This document shows positions 26,591-40,425 of a DNA stretch of 64,000 bases, piece by piece. The translations under genes were made by a program, and so were the position numbers. The notes under the pieces were generated by a model. The model saw nothing but the letters and a program-made list of their open reading frames with translations. It did not search any database and had not been told where the DNA came from. Every line of letters begins with the position of its first letter. Position 1 is the first letter of the stretch. The DNA is from Schmidtea nova (Eukaryota): contig CM097883.1 of assembly GCA_044892505.1 (NCBI GenBank), positions 407,154,001-407,218,000 of the forward strand, written 5' to 3'.

Positions 26591-26899
26591 TTCTTAGTTG
26601 TAAGAATTCTTCATGACTTTCCTAAAATATAAGATTTATAATAAAATTTGACATTTTAAAAGATTTAACAAAACCTTTTTTACTCTTTTTAGACTGCGAT
26701 CACTTCCAGCTTCCCCAAGTGATGTATGCATTATCGGCTCACGAAACGATAAAATAGTAGACATTTTAAACACAATTAAAGCCCAAATCAAGGGTCTCCA
26801 ACCCTCTTTCTATAGTTGCCATGGCTCCTACCGGCACTTCAGATAAAACAAAACATGGTCTTTATATTTGATATTTAAACGTTCAATTTTCAAAGGTGG

Positions 26900-27450
26900 A
26901 TTTATTTGTAAGCCGATAACTTTAGATCAAGATCCTTTCCTAGTCACGTGACAAAATTCAGTGCACTCCCTCAGGAGAACGGTTGGTGTAGAGGCATTTT
27001 TTAATACAGTTTGTCCAGTCTTTTACACATTAAATGAAGAAAGTGACAAAAACTTGTTGCTAGTTGTATACGTATCTTCACTTTTACTGCCAGTCAAATC
27101 TGTTTATTTATAACCCTTAAATGGATGGTTCATATAAAAGACAATGAACTTGTAATTTCAACGCTGATTGAAAGGAAACATATTTTTTGGATAATTTTAA
27201 AGATAGCTTTATTTATCTGTTCTGTAGAAGTTGTGTCATAAGGGGGGGGGGCAATACTGTGTTACTTTAATTCATGCTGACTTAAATATGTTGTATCTAC
27301 CGAAATCCTAAACATAGTTGAAGAAAAAAGATCTTATAAATGTAAATCTGTTGTAAAATCTAAAAAAGTCATCATTGTATCTCCGAAGCTTTCTCATATG
27401 CTTGCAAAAACTAAAAACCGTTTCATAATGGTCAGTTGTTAAAAGAAACA
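26900..27450 (-). mobile_element. Highly degraded hAT-like (TTF/MYM zinc finger) fragment
   Basis: Only a weak resemblance in broken frames. A hAT-like terminal motif CAAGGGTCTCCAACC lies nearby at about 26789. Confidence 0.3.
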
Positions 27451-29062
27451 TTTTTGACTTTATTTTTAACTCTACGAGTCCATAGATGTATCTGACATTT
27501 CACAGTTGGTAGTTATGGTGAGACTAATGTTTTGTAACTATACTATCAAAGAAGTTTACTTAAAATATTACAGCGGGTGAGGAGATACCTTAACAACACA
27601 CATCTAGGAGACAGTAAATCCACTGATTCCCTTAGGCAATACAAACAGAAACAGGAATATTTTCAACCAAACATTACAAATTTGGGATCCAACGCATTAG
27701 TAATGGGATTTTCATGCGAGCAATGCCTCCAGAAACTAAGTGAATATTGGTGGTTAGCAGCAATGCATATGTGGTAAAACTAGCAAACATAGCCGATAAA
27801 TATCACACTAGATTCTTTCTCAGCATCAAAGTCCCGTCATCAAAACTTTTAGGATTACATACTGCACAGAGGGAGTAAAATGTAGTGTACTCTCTGCACC
27901 ACCTTTCAATTAAAATTTGATTAGGTTAACAATTAGATTACCGATAATAATATCAGCTTGATATGCATGCTGCCAGGGCCTGTTAGAGCAAATTGGACGC
28001 CCAGGTCAAAAGACCATCGTGACCTCTTCTCTTCCTGGGCTTGAATGTAACACTCGAAACAGTATAACAATTGTTGACTTTTGACTATTGTAAACATTTA
28101 TCGACTTCATGTATAAAACGGCTATTTAGACGATTAGAATAACCTACATAATCTAATGATCTTTGGCACAAGCATCTAAGGGATCTCCACTTTATTTCAA
28201 AACTGACCAACAAAATGTTTATCCTGCTTTGATTACTTGTAATAATTTAAGTTGTTTTCAAAGTTGTCTAAAGGTAAAACATATATTATTCTTTTTGTTT
28301 AAGATTACTCGATGCTAATAATACAAATTATAACATAGTTTTGCAGACTGTTCCTCATCATAGTCAAATAGATATGAGTCAAAATCAGAAATGTCGTTGT
28401 CAATTTCTATGAATTTACTTATGTTATTAATCAAAAATCAATGTTTTATGTTGATTCCCGACATTTATGATGACATTACTGAAACGACTTTTCTTGTCAA
28501 TTAGTATATGATTTTAAAACAGATGTATAAAAAAAATAATAAAAACTCAATTCAACACTTTCAAACTGATATATAAAAATTTATATTTATTTATATTTAT
28601 TATTATTATTGGTGGGTTATTGATCTTCAATATGACCTTGACGTTACTATGGCTCACATCAACAACTCAACACACAAACCATATTGTTGCCCGCTACAGT
28701 GTAATGTTGGTAATTCTACAAATGGGTGGACATCCGCAAACAGCGAGCATCGAATATTTGAACACTTTGGGTTCAAAGACGACTGGTAGAAGGTACTTTT
28801 CCTATTTTAGTCCCGTACTCAATCTTTTATCTTTGGCTTTTAGTATGTTTAAATGAAAACTTATTTTCGATGTCTTCTTCGGAATCCTAACCGTCTATTT
28901 ATACCGGTAATTTAAATCATATGAATATAAATGACGATAATTAATGCTACTACGTATAATTATTGATAGTAAGAAAATTCAAATTACACGTAAAATTATA
29001 ATTGCACAATAAATTACAACACTTACACGAAATAAAGATAAATATCGGTAGAGAACAAAACA

Positions 29063-29656
29063 TCACAAAAAAACTTGTCTAAGTGCGCTTTCACAAAATG
29101 GTAATATCAATCGCTTCTTTAGATACCTTTCTGATTTTGACCCTACGCCTCTTTCGACGAGCGAGTACCCTTTACTCGCTTTGAATCGCTTGGGTTTGGG
29201 TGGTATTGCCGCTAGTGAGTTGTCTTCTTCCATTTGTACTGGAAACAGTTCCAGCCAGGAGATATCCATTTTCGAAAGCACAACTGAGATCAATCCGATG
29301 AAGACTCGGATCCGTGCGAATTCACCATTCCGTTCCTTAATTGTCATTTTTTTTAATTACGCTCTTTGCTGAATGGCATGGTCGGCCACTTGCTGCTGCA
29401 TAATTTTAATCTGCTTTTTCAAATTTTCAGTGTCTTCCAAACTGATCTAAATTGTTTTGATGGACCGGCACTGAAACTTAAATTTGTCCACGCGCTCCGC
29501 GAGTGATTTATTTTCTGCCCAGAGGAGTTTCCTCTCCGCTTCTATGTCAACAACGCAAACGTTGATCTTGCGCATATTCCTTGCGTTGCCTTTGACCACT
29601 TTGATTAGTTCGTCAATTTGGGATTGCGACACTCGAAAAAGAATTTTTTGTGCCAA
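29063..29656 (-). pseudogene. About 200-aa coiled-coil ORF interrupted by two in-frame stops
   Basis: ORFs 29447-29656 and 29063-29347 are in the same frame, joined through TAG and TAA by coiled-coil-like sequence (ISLEDTENLKKQIKIMQQQV). Confidence 0.5.
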
Positions 29657-29884
29657 AAATAAGATTGGTAATAGATGGATTTATACAAATAAAATTGAGG
29701 TGTTTGCTTTTGTAAGATTGTTATTGGAAAAGGGAGTTAGAAAACTGGAGATATCTGATTATGTAGAATTTTGGATTCCATTATTTGGAAGTCCCATATT
29801 TCGTGCATGCATGGGAAAAAAGGTTTTGAAGATATTAGAACCGATGACAAAATTTTACGTAATGAAATGAAAATTGATAAATTT

Positions 29885-30902
29885 TCACCGATTTGAAAAC
29901 TGTTTGATATGATAAATGTAAGACTACCGAAGTTTTATACAACTGGGAAAAATTAAACAATCGATGACCAGCTTGTACCTTTTCATGGCCAGGTATCATT
30001 CAAGCAATATCTGCTATCTAAACCGGATAAATACGGCATTAAAAATAGTGGATTGTTGATTCCGAAACATGTCTTTAGCGAGTTATGTGCCAAATAAAAA
30101 TAAATCATTTGTTTTGCTATCAACTTATCATCATAAAGATGCTGTGCACATTGAAAATAAAAACAAATTCGAAATAAATCTCTATTATAATGATAATAAA
30201 GATGGTGTTGATACTTTAGATTTATTATGTCATTCATTCTCAGTAAGAAGAAAAACTCGTTGTTGGTCTTTGTCACAAATTTACAATAGGATAGATGTAT
30301 GTGGTATTGCTTCAAAAATTTTATTTGTAAGTTTACACTCCGAATGGAATCTCAAAAAATAAATACAAGAAGAAAGGTCTTTACGCACCTTTATTTTGGA
30401 AATGGTGTCCGATCATATTCACAGAAGAAGCACATAAAATCTTACGAGAGCAAATGCCTCAAATGTTAGCAACCTTCTCCTTCAAAGCAACCCAAAAATA
30501 ATTAACTCTGAATTCAGAGAAACATCAAAACAGCCCTGCTAAAAGAAGACGATGTTGATATTGTCATTATTCATTGGGACGTGCAACAAAGACGTGTTGT
30601 GGAGCATGTAGCAAGCCAATACGTAATGAAAATTCACAAAAAATGTAGTGTGTAATGTTTGCTATCGAAATAATTAACAAATCAAAGGTTAATGGTTAAT
30701 ATTATTTATTGCTCATGTTATTTATTTTTCTAGTTTTTAATTGTGTATCTCATCGACACATGCCAGGAATATTAAATTAAAAAATCACAGTACGAATACG
30801 GATCTATACTTTATTTAAGGTGCATTAAACGGATTTTTAATAATTTTTATTTATTTTTTTTGTTTGTATGTGTCATATCGACACATGTCAGGATGAATAT
30901 GG
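29885..30902 (+). mobile_element. piggyBac transposase remnant with 3' end
   Basis: TIDDQLVPFHGQVSFKQYLLSKPDKYGIK, YNDNKDGVDTLD...SVRRKTRCW, and a C-terminal Cys cluster at 30550-30650. The end reads ...GTCAGGATGAATATGG followed by TTAA (30903-30906). Confidence 0.88.
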
Positions 30903-32440
30903 TTAATACTATAATAAAATAAAAAAATTAACAGTAAATTATTTTAAAAATCTATAATTTTTTAGGTTAGAATCTTTCCCTGGGTGCGGAGTTGGCTATC
31001 GCAGCCCCTGCTTATGTTATCCGCGAATATTTGCTTGTTTTTAATTTCGATTTTTAATTTTTAAATCGTTTTTTATGCTTTATTAATGTAATTTTCTTGC
31101 TGAAAATTTTAATTACATTTAATTTAATTTCCTTACTTGTTCTTGTTTAGTTATAATTATTTGTTGAGTTCTTGCAGATTAAGTTTCGAGATTTTTGCTC
31201 TATTTGTGGTCGCGAAATTAAAACAAAATGCCAATGTTTTTAGGTTTTCACATTTCACAATTTTTAATCAAATTATATATGATAACCATTTTCCAAATAA
31301 TTTTGAAAAGTTTTTTTTACTAAAAATATATTAAAGTTAATTTTCTAAAAATGTTCTAAAAAGTAAATAAATATCAGACATAATTCATCACATTAATTTA
31401 CTAGTTTAACTTTTAATTTTATTAAATTGATTTATTTATGTTTTACTGCAGTCACGCCATTATTGTATTTTAAAATATACCTTTGAGGCAATTTTTAACA
31501 ACTTGATTTATGTTAAGTAAGATAATGTTATTAAACAATGAATAATAATAAATTTTTAGATAAAAAGAAAACAATTCAACTAGGTAAAATTGGTTAGCTA
31601 CTAATTATATAACTTCTAACAAAATGCCAATTTACGGCTGTGAAAAAGTCATCCCCTTAGTTTACAGAGCAATTTCATTCATATACAGAAATTTTTATGA
31701 ATTTATATGGCTTATTAACAAAAAGGATAATTTACTTCATATTAAATATAAAATTTAAATGAAAAAATCTGTTAATAACAAAATGAGCTCAATTCTATCA
31801 ATATAACATAAACTTATAGCACCAGCATTTCAAAATATGAATTCAAAGTGAACAAGTTTAATTTTTAATAAAAATTTGAACATAAATATTATTTAATTTC
31901 TGGCGGAGTGCTTATTTCCCTCTACTTATTTGTAAAATTTATTTAAAATTAAAAAATGATTGTTCATCAGGTTTTGAATTAATAAAATTTTCGGTAATTT
32001 TTATCTCTAGACATGTAAATTCCCCTAATATTTCCATGTTACTTTCACACACGTAAATCCAAGAAATAAGCATGTATTGATAATCATGGCTCAGAGTGTG
32101 AGACTATACACCGGTTTTCGTCGGTTAAAAGTAACTATGATACAAGTAGGTGTGTACATCTACTTGTTACTCATAGTTACTTTGTTTAATTTTAATTTAA
32201 TTTTGCTATGAGGTAATTTTATTTATCTAGATATCTTTTAAAGCTTCTATTTTGATCGTACAATAATATAAGATCACTATAGAAGCTTTGAAAGTTTATA
32301 TCTATTCTTCAATATTATTATTATTTTATATTTATTAGCTTTTTAGAAAAATATAATTTTTTATAAAGTTTATTGGAAATAATTAACATGAAACATAATT
32401 AAAAATGTATTTTTTAACAATAGTTTATTAATAAAATCAA

Positions 32441-35400
32441 TCAGTCTCCGAATATTTCCATTTTCTTGCAACATTTAGTGAAGAAATTGCGAATATGTTC
32501 ATAATAATTCTTTAAATTTTTGTATTCGTCATTTTCCAGCTCGTTATCAATGGCTTGTTTGATCAAGCAAAATCTATCTTTAAAGGACATTGAGCCAAAT
32601 CCATTTGCTCTTGATATTACTTTTCTTATGCTGAACTTGACTTTGCTGAAGACGCTTTCAATTGGATTTAAGAAAGGACTGTATGAGGGCAAATTCACAA
32701 TGAAATTATTTGGAGATAAGGCTCCTCCGTGAATGGAAGCGTTGTCGTGAATGAGATATAACCCCGTTCCATTCAATTTGGATGATATCTCATCAATGAA
32801 TTCTTGATAACTATTCTTTTTTTTATGAATTGGCCCTTTTACACCAATGGCAAGAACCAAAGACATATTTCCCCCTGTTTGTTGGAATAGTTGTATAGAT
32901 CCTTTCTCCTTTTTTCTTTCTTCCCATTTTTTGGCTTGCCCAGGTGTTGAAACAGCATTCATCAATATAAATTAATTATTCTTCTCTCCATAGTTCTCAA
33001 TCGAAACGCGAAACATATTTCATCCTTAGTTAAAGGACGCGCTCCGAATTTTGAGCTGCTACGCAAGGTTTTAATCGTTGTTATCGAGACATTGCAATGA
33101 AGTCCAAGGAGATAATGTTTCATTTCTTCCAGTGTCACGTAGACATTTTTTTCAACGAAATTTAATAATTGATCTCCTTCTGATATCTTAGATTTAGTGC
33201 CATTTAGTTTAATAATAAAATCAATCAATTACCGAATATTTCCAATTTTTTGCTACATTTAATGAAGAATTTTCGAATATGATCATAAATATTCTTTAAA
33301 TTTTTGTATTCGTACTTTTCCAGCTCGTTATCAATGGCTTGTTTGATCAAGTAAAATCTATCTTGAAATGACATTGAGCCAAATCCATTTGCTCTTGATA
33401 TTACCTTTCTTATGCTGAACTTGACTTTGCTGAAGACGCTTTCAATTGGATTTAAGAAAGGACTGTATGAGGGCAAATTCACAACGAAATTATTTGGAGA
33501 TAAGGCTTCTCCGTGAATGGAAGCGTTGTCGTGAATGAGATATAACCCCGTTCCATTCAATTTGGATGATATCGCATCAATGAATTCTTGATAACTATTC
33601 TTTTTTTTATGAATTGGCCCTTTTACACCAATGGCAAGAACCAAAGACATATTTCCCCCTGTTTGTTGGAATAGTTGTATAGATCCTTTCTCCTTTTTTC
33701 TTTCTTCCCATTTTTTGGCTTGCCCAGGTGTTGAAACAGCATTCATCAATATAAATTAATTATTCTTCTCTCCATAGTTCTCAATCGAAACGCGAAACAT
33801 ATTTCATCCTTAGTTAAAGGACGCGCTCCGAATTTTGAGCTGCTACGCAAGGTTTTAATCGTTGTTATCGAGACATTGCAATGAAGTCCAAGGAGATAAT
33901 GTTTCATTTCTTCCAGTGTCACGTAGACATTTTTTTCAACGAAATTTAATAATTGATCTCCTTCTGATATCTTAGATTTAGTGCCATTTAGTTTAATAAT
34001 AAAATCAATCAATTACCGAATATTTCCAATTTTTTGCTACATTTAATGAAGAATTTTCGAATATGATCATAAATATTCTTTAAATTTTTGTATTCGTCCT
34101 TTTCCAGCTCGTTATCAATGGCTTGTTTGATCAAGCAAAATCTATCTTGAAATGACATTGAGCCAAATCCATTTGCTCTTGATATTACCTTTCTTATGCT
34201 GAACTTGACTTTGCTGAAGACGCTTTCAATTGGATTTAAGAAAGGACTGTATGGGTGCAAATTCACAACGAAATTATTTGGAGATAAGGCTTCTCCGTGA
34301 ATGGAAGTGTTGTCGTGAATGAGATAAAACCCCGCTCTATTCAATTTGGATGATATCTCATCAATGAATTCTTGATAACTATTCTTTTTGTGATGAATAG
34401 GCCCTTTTACATCAATGGCAAGAACCAAAGACAAATTTCCCCCCTGTTTGTTGGAATAGTTATATAGAGCCTTTCTCCTTTTTTCTTTCTTCCCATTTTT
34501 TGGCTTGTCCGGTGTTGAAACTGCATTCATCAATATAAATTAATTATTCTTCTCTCCATAGTTCTTTCTTCGAAACGCGTAACATATTCCATCCTTACTT
34601 GAAAGACGCGCTTTGAATTTCGAGCTGCTTCGCAGGGTTTCACATCTTAAATGGTAATCAAATGATTTTTCTGAAAACGACAAATCGTCGTTCTGGAAAC
34701 ATTGCAATTAAGTCCAACGAGATAATTTTGCATTTCTTCCAGTGTTGCGTATACGTTTTCTTCAACGAAATTTAATAATAGATCTCCTTATTCTGATATT
34801 TTAGATTTAGTGCCACCTCTTTTTTTGTTCGCAAAATAGCCAATTTTTTATAATTATAAATAATTGTATCGATTGATTTTTTGGAATTCCTAAGAAACTT
34901 GGTAATAATCTTTGCCTTTATCTTTTTTTCTTTCTTCCCATTTTTGGCTTGTCCATATATTGAAACCGCATTCATCAATATAAATTAATTTTTCTTCTCC
35001 ATAGTTCTTCGTCGAAACGCGTAACATATTCTCTCCTTAGTTGAAGGACGCGCTCAGAATTTCGAGCTGCTTCGCAGGGTTTCACATTTTTAATCGTGAT
35101 CAAATGATTTTTTCAGGAAACGATAAATCGTCGTTCTGGAAACATTGCGATTAAGTCCAACGAGATATTTTTGTATTTCTTCCAGTGTTGCATATACGTT
35201 TTCTTCAACGAAATTTAATAATTGATTTCCTTCTGATTTCTTAGATTTAATGCCACCTCTTTCCCCCGCAAAATAGCTAATTTTTTTATAATTATAAATA
35301 ATTGTATCGATTGATTTTTTGGAATTCCTAAGAAACTTCCAAATTGGTAATAATCTTTGCCATTATCCTTTTTTCTTTCTTCCCATTTTTTTGGCTTGTC

Positions 35401-37510
35401 CAGGTGTTGAAACCGCATTCATCAATATAAGTTAATTTTTCTTCTCTCCATAGTTCTTCGTCGAAACGCGTAACATATTCCATCCTTAGTTGAAGGATGC
35501 GCTCCGAATTTTGAGCTGCTACGCAAAGTTTCAATCGCTGTTATCGAGACATTGCAATGAAGTCCAAGGAAATAATTTTTCATTTCTTCCAGTGTCACAT
35601 AGACATTTTCTTCATCGAAATTTAATAATTGGTCTCCTTCTGATATCTTAGATTTAGTGCCACATCTTTTTTGTTCGCAAAATAGCCAATTTTTTATAAT
35701 TATAAATAATTGTATCGATTGATTTTTTGGAATTCCTAAAAAACTCTCAAATTGGTAATAATAATCTTTGCCTTATCCTTTTTTCTTTCTTCCCATATTT
35801 TGGCTTGTCCAGGTGTTGAAACCGCATTCATCAATATAAATTAATTTTTCTTCTCCATAGTTCTTCGTCGAAACGCTTAACATATTCCATCGTGAGTTGA
35901 AGGACGCGCTTCGAATTTCGAGCTGCTACGCAGGGTTTCACATTTTTAATGGTGATCAAATGATTTTAAAGAAAACGAAAAATCGTTGTTATCGAGACAT
36001 TGCAATGAAGTCCAAGGAGATAATTTTCATTTCTTCCAGTGTTGCGTATACGTTTTCTTCAACGAAATTTAATAATTGATCTCCTTCTGATATCTTAGAT
36101 TTAGTGCCATTTAGTTTATTAATAAAATCAATCAGTCACCGAATATTTACAATTTTTTGCAACATTTAGTGAAGAATTTTCGAATATGATCATAATAATT
36201 CTTTAAATTTTTGTATTCGTCCCTTTCCAGCTCGTTATCAATGGCTTGTTTGATCAAGAAAAATCTATCTTGAAATGACATTGAGCCAAATCCATTTGCT
36301 CTTGATATTACCTTTCTTATGCTGAACTTGACTTTGCTGAAGACGCTTTCAATTGGATTTAAGAAAGGACTGTATGAGGGCAAATTCACAATGAAATTAT
36401 TTGGAGATAAGGCTCCTCCGTGAATGGAAGCGTTGTCGTGAATGAGATAAAACCCCGTTCCATTCAATTTGGATGATATCTCATCAATGAATTCTTGATA
36501 ACTATTCTTTTTGTAAGAGCCTAAAATTAATTTGTGATGAATTGGCCCTTTTACACCAATGCAAGAACCAAAGACATTCCTCCTGTTTGTTGGAATAGTT
36601 ATATAGAGCCTTTCTCCTTTTTTTCTTCCCATTTTTGGCTTGTCCGGTGTTGAAACCGCATTCATCAATATAAATTAATTATTCTTCTCTCCATAGTTCT
36701 TTCTTCGAAACGCGTAACATATTCCATCCTTAGTTGAAAGACGCACTCCGAATTTCGAGCTACTTCTCAGGGTTTCACATCTTTAATGGTAATCAAATGA
36801 TTTGTCTGAAAACGACAAATCGTCGTTCTGGAAACATTGCGATTAAGTCCAACGAGATAATTTTGTATTTCTTCCAGTGTTGCATATACGTTTTCTTTAA
36901 CGAAATTTAATAATAGATCTCCTTATTCTGATATCTTAGATTTAGTGCCACCTCTTTTTTTGTTCGCAAAATAGCCAATTTTTTATAATTATAAATAATT
37001 GTATCGATTGATTTTTGGAATTCCTAAGAAACTTGGTAATAATCTTTGCTTTTCTCCTTTTTTCTTTCTTCCCATTTTTGGCTTGTCCATATATTGAAAC
37101 CGCATTCATCAATATAAATTAATTTTTCTTCTCCATAGTTCTTCGTCGAAACGCGTAATATATTCCATCGTGAGTTGAAGGACGCGCTCTGAATTTCAAG
37201 GTGCTTTGCAGGGTTTCACATCTTTAATGGTAATCAAATAATTTTTCAGAAAACGACAAATCGTCGTTCTGAAAACATTTGCGATTAAGTCCAACGAGAT
37301 AATTTTGCATTTATTTAAGTGTTGCGTATACGTTTTCTTCAACGAAATTTAATAATTGATTTCCTTCTTCTGATATTTAATGTAGTGCAACCTGTTTTTT
37401 TGTTTGCCAGTCGGTCAAACTTTGTATAAGTATAAATAATTGTCTATTGATTTTTTTGGGATCCCTAATAAATTTCCAAATTGGTAATAATCTCTGCCAT
37501 TCTTCCATGG
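32441..37510 (-). mobile_element. Tandem array derived from a Tc1/IS630-like transposase gene
   Basis: Four copies of the DDE C-terminus (32441, 33225, 34009, 36134; the first repeats have a 784-bp period). Eight copies of the YIDECGFN segment. About 440-bp N-terminal units. Motifs LIHDNASIH and LPSYSPFLNPIESVFSKVK. Every unit is frameshifted. Confidence 0.92.
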
Positions 37511-38145
37511 CATTAATTATTCTAATTTTATCTTTTTCAGAAATCCTAACAATATTATATTTTTTAATATAAATCGATAATAATTTACGATTTTCTGGTT
37601 TTCTTTGTTGTATTTAATTGCCCACTTGAAGTTTCAAGAACTTAAGAATTATCGAAAGTAGTATGAAAAATGTTAAATTAATCATAAATTACGAAGTTCT
37701 TACCATATAATCTCTGCACATTCACGAAATGGAAGAGTTTCTATAAAAATTTCGGAAATCCTATGAAATATTGAATAAATAATAATTTTTTAAAAAATTT
37801 TACGTATTATCATTTTCTCGACAACTAACAGTCGATTCATTTGAGCAGCATTCAAAATTTTGACTTGTCATAATTTTTACCAAAACAAATTTATTGTACT
37901 ACTTTTAATCGCGAAACAAGATGTACCCTTTAAAATTTGCATGCAATTTTCATTGTGTGTTGTGTTTGTGTGTATAATTTATTTTTTCTTACAGAATGTC
38001 TATCACATAATAAAACTTTTAAACCACGAAATATCAAAATATATATGTATATATATGGCTTATATGGCTTATCTATATGGCTTCTTTTGCTTTGAAAATA
38101 ACGACAAAAACGTTTTAATGTATTTTTAAATAAAATAAAATATGC

Positions 38146-38950
38146 AATTTTCTAGTGAGAATTTATTACAATTTGAATATTTTATGTTTTAAAAAATAAA
38201 TTAAAAAAATAAAAACTTATTTCACTTAAATTACATTTAACTGAAGTATGAATTTAGTGCTCAAAATTTTACAGACTTTTATTTATTCGTAATAGGGTTG
38301 ACTCAAACGTTTTGACATGTAATTCCAAGAATAACATAAAAATGGGTTATTCATTCATGTCAGTTGAATAACTGCAATAGTCTCCATCATATTGAATAGT
38401 AGAGGGATGCGAGCATACTCAGGCAAGGACAAAGATGTGTAATGGCCTTTATACAATATGCGCGTGGGAAATTTTAAGCTCTATCCAAACACCCTCTATT
38501 TAAAAATGAACCAGAACTAGAAGTTCGAACTCCGTATCTAAACTTTGGCCATATCGATCCTCTTCAATTAAGTGATGAAGAATAATATGTGAAAATAAAG
38601 AAATTGGTAAAACAGCTACAATTTATCGAAGTACAAGAAGAATATATAAAAGACGAACAAAAGAATCTTAAAAAGAATATCTACATGCACAAGAAGTGAA
38701 ACGTATTAAAAGTGTTCCTCTTGTATTAGGTCAACGAAAACACTGGGTAACGTTTCGGAGTGGGAATAGATAAAATTTTCTAGTGAGAATTTAATTACAA
38801 TTTAGTTATTTTATGTTTCAATTAAAAAATAAATAAAATAAAAAATAAAAAACTTATTTCACTTAAATTACATTTAACTGATGTATGAACTTAGTGCTCA
38901 AAATTTTAAAGACTTTTATTTATCCGTAATAGGGTTAACTCAAACGTTTT
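38146..38950. repeat. About 170-bp direct repeats (38146-38313 and 38774-38950)
   Basis: Near-identical AATTTTCTAGTGAGAATTT...AGGGTT(G/A)ACTCAAACGTTTT blocks flanking the RPT3 fragment. Confidence 0.85.
38504..38735 (+). pseudogene. PSMC4: 26S proteasome AAA-ATPase RPT3/PSMC4 N-terminal fragment
   Basis: [32 protein letters not shown][frameshift]-EYLHAQE-VKRIKSVPLVLGQ matches the RPT3 N-terminal coiled coil. One stop and one frameshift, then truncated. Confidence 0.88.
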
Positions 38951-39100
38951 AAATATATTACATTATATAAATATATTTAAATAAATTACATTTATTGTTT
39001 ATCATTTACTTTCACACCTGTTATTTATTTCGAGGAGGAAAAATAAGAGGGTACTTTTATAAAAATTTTATTTAATTATTTATTCTAACTGGTTTATCTC

Positions 39101-39427
39101 TCATTCAGTCGACGTCTCTTCGTTAATCTGCATCATCAGCATTGTTAACTCGGCTTCGTATCGAAATAAAAGTATTTCCAATCTCTCCACTTTCCTTTTT
39201 AAAATCATGCCTTCTTGTTCCAGTTCATTTATTTTTCTATCTATCAATTTCATTTTCTTACGCATTTCCTCAATCGTGCTTCGGCATTCTTTCCAACATT
39301 GCTCTGCATTTTCTGGCTTTTGAATTTCATAAATTAAAATAATTAAGATTTTCCTATTCACAATTTGTTGCACAAAGCCCGACCTCCCCAAAAAAGCTCG
39401 ACCAAACAAAATATTTATCCATCTCAT
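39101..39427 (-). CDS. Hypothetical short coiled-coil ORF
   Basis: Heptad-rich ECRSTIEEMRKKMKLIDRKINELEQE...; no family recognised. Confidence 0.3.
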   Translation of the reverse strand: MRWINILFGRAFLGRSGFVQQIVNRKILIILIYEIQKPENAEQCWKECRSTIEEMRKKMKLIDRKINELEQEGMILKRKVERLEILLFRYEAELTMLMMQINEETSTE

Positions 39428-39569
39428 GGCTTATATATACAGAATCTTGCAAATTATTATAAAATATATTACTGCAATATTTACACCCATGCATATAATA
39501 CTTTTATACTGAAGTTCTCATTCAATAATGTTTCACCGACTTCGTTCACCTCGAGCTCACGAAAAATAT

Positions 39570-39700
39570 ATGTTATGTTTTAATTAAATCAGATAATAAT
39601 CGCTGATGTCTGACTCTTCGTGTTCAAACACATCAATAACTAATAACGCTCCCAACGTATATTTGTTTTAAATTAATACAAATAACATATAAATGAAAAT
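39570..39700 (-). mobile_element. LTR end fragment of the same family as 50680-51730
   Basis: TCTGACTCTTCGTGTTCAAAC..ATCAATAA...CCCAACGTATATTTGTT matches the reverse complement of 51630-51700. Confidence 0.65.
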
Positions 39701-39855
39701 ATATTTCTTTTCTAAATTATAAAGATGCAACTCTTCAACGCTGAACTCTAACGAATTACTATCACAATCCCTCCCGATATCGGTTTCGTTTTTGGAAGGA
39801 GTTTTTTAAAAAAGTTTTGAATTTGTGAAGTGTTAAATTTTTAATGTTTTATGCT

Positions 39856-40425
39856 TCAATGGGAAACAAGTCATCAAAAGAAACTGATATCGGGACGGAT
39901 GGTGACAGTAATTCATTAGAGTTCAACGTTGAAGAGTATATGAAAAAAGCCACCGCAAGTTTCATTCGTATATGCCATGGGAATTATTTCAATTCAAATG
40001 AATGTCTTCATTATCTTCGTGATTTAAATACGACAATCGTGCTAAGGCTTTCTCGTGTCTCTGACGATAATCCACTTGAAGACCGCTTCAAAATCTAAGT
40101 GAAAATTTCCGTAGATTATTGGCAAAAAAGATTTACTGCGATCGCTATTTTCTCACCATTAGTTTATGTCGTTCTGTATATACAGTTGTGGCATTAGGGG
40201 GTTCGTTCTCTTCTTGGTGAAGAATCATTATCTGCAACAATATACATTGTTTGGATGGATTCATGTGACACTGCTAATAATAGGCACTTCTTCGCATTTC
40301 ATGATGAATAGTTTATTCAATGGAATTATGTGGTTTTCAGTTACAGTTTCTCTGAATCTATGTAATAATAATATGGTATATATGTTTTGGGTTTTCGGGA
40401 GAACTCCGCTAATTAAATTGTCTAC
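39856..40425 (+). pseudogene. Phosphatidate cytidylyltransferase (CDP-DAG synthase) fragment
   Basis: FVLFLVKNHYLQQYTLFGWIHVTLLII...HFMMNSLFNGIMWF...CNNNMVYMF..FGRTPLIKLS matches eukaryotic CDS1/2. It is truncated immediately after RTPLIKLS, and the upstream frames are broken. Confidence 0.85.

Noticed and set aside
29063-29656. Stop-codon reassignment (in-frame TAA/TAG read-through)
   Set aside because: The long intact ORFs (CFAP100-like, polB, hAT) have no internal stops under the standard code, so the stops reflect decay.
32330-37900. Terminal inverted repeats for the Tc1/IS630-like array
   Set aside because: No matching inverted ends or TA TSD were found on either side.
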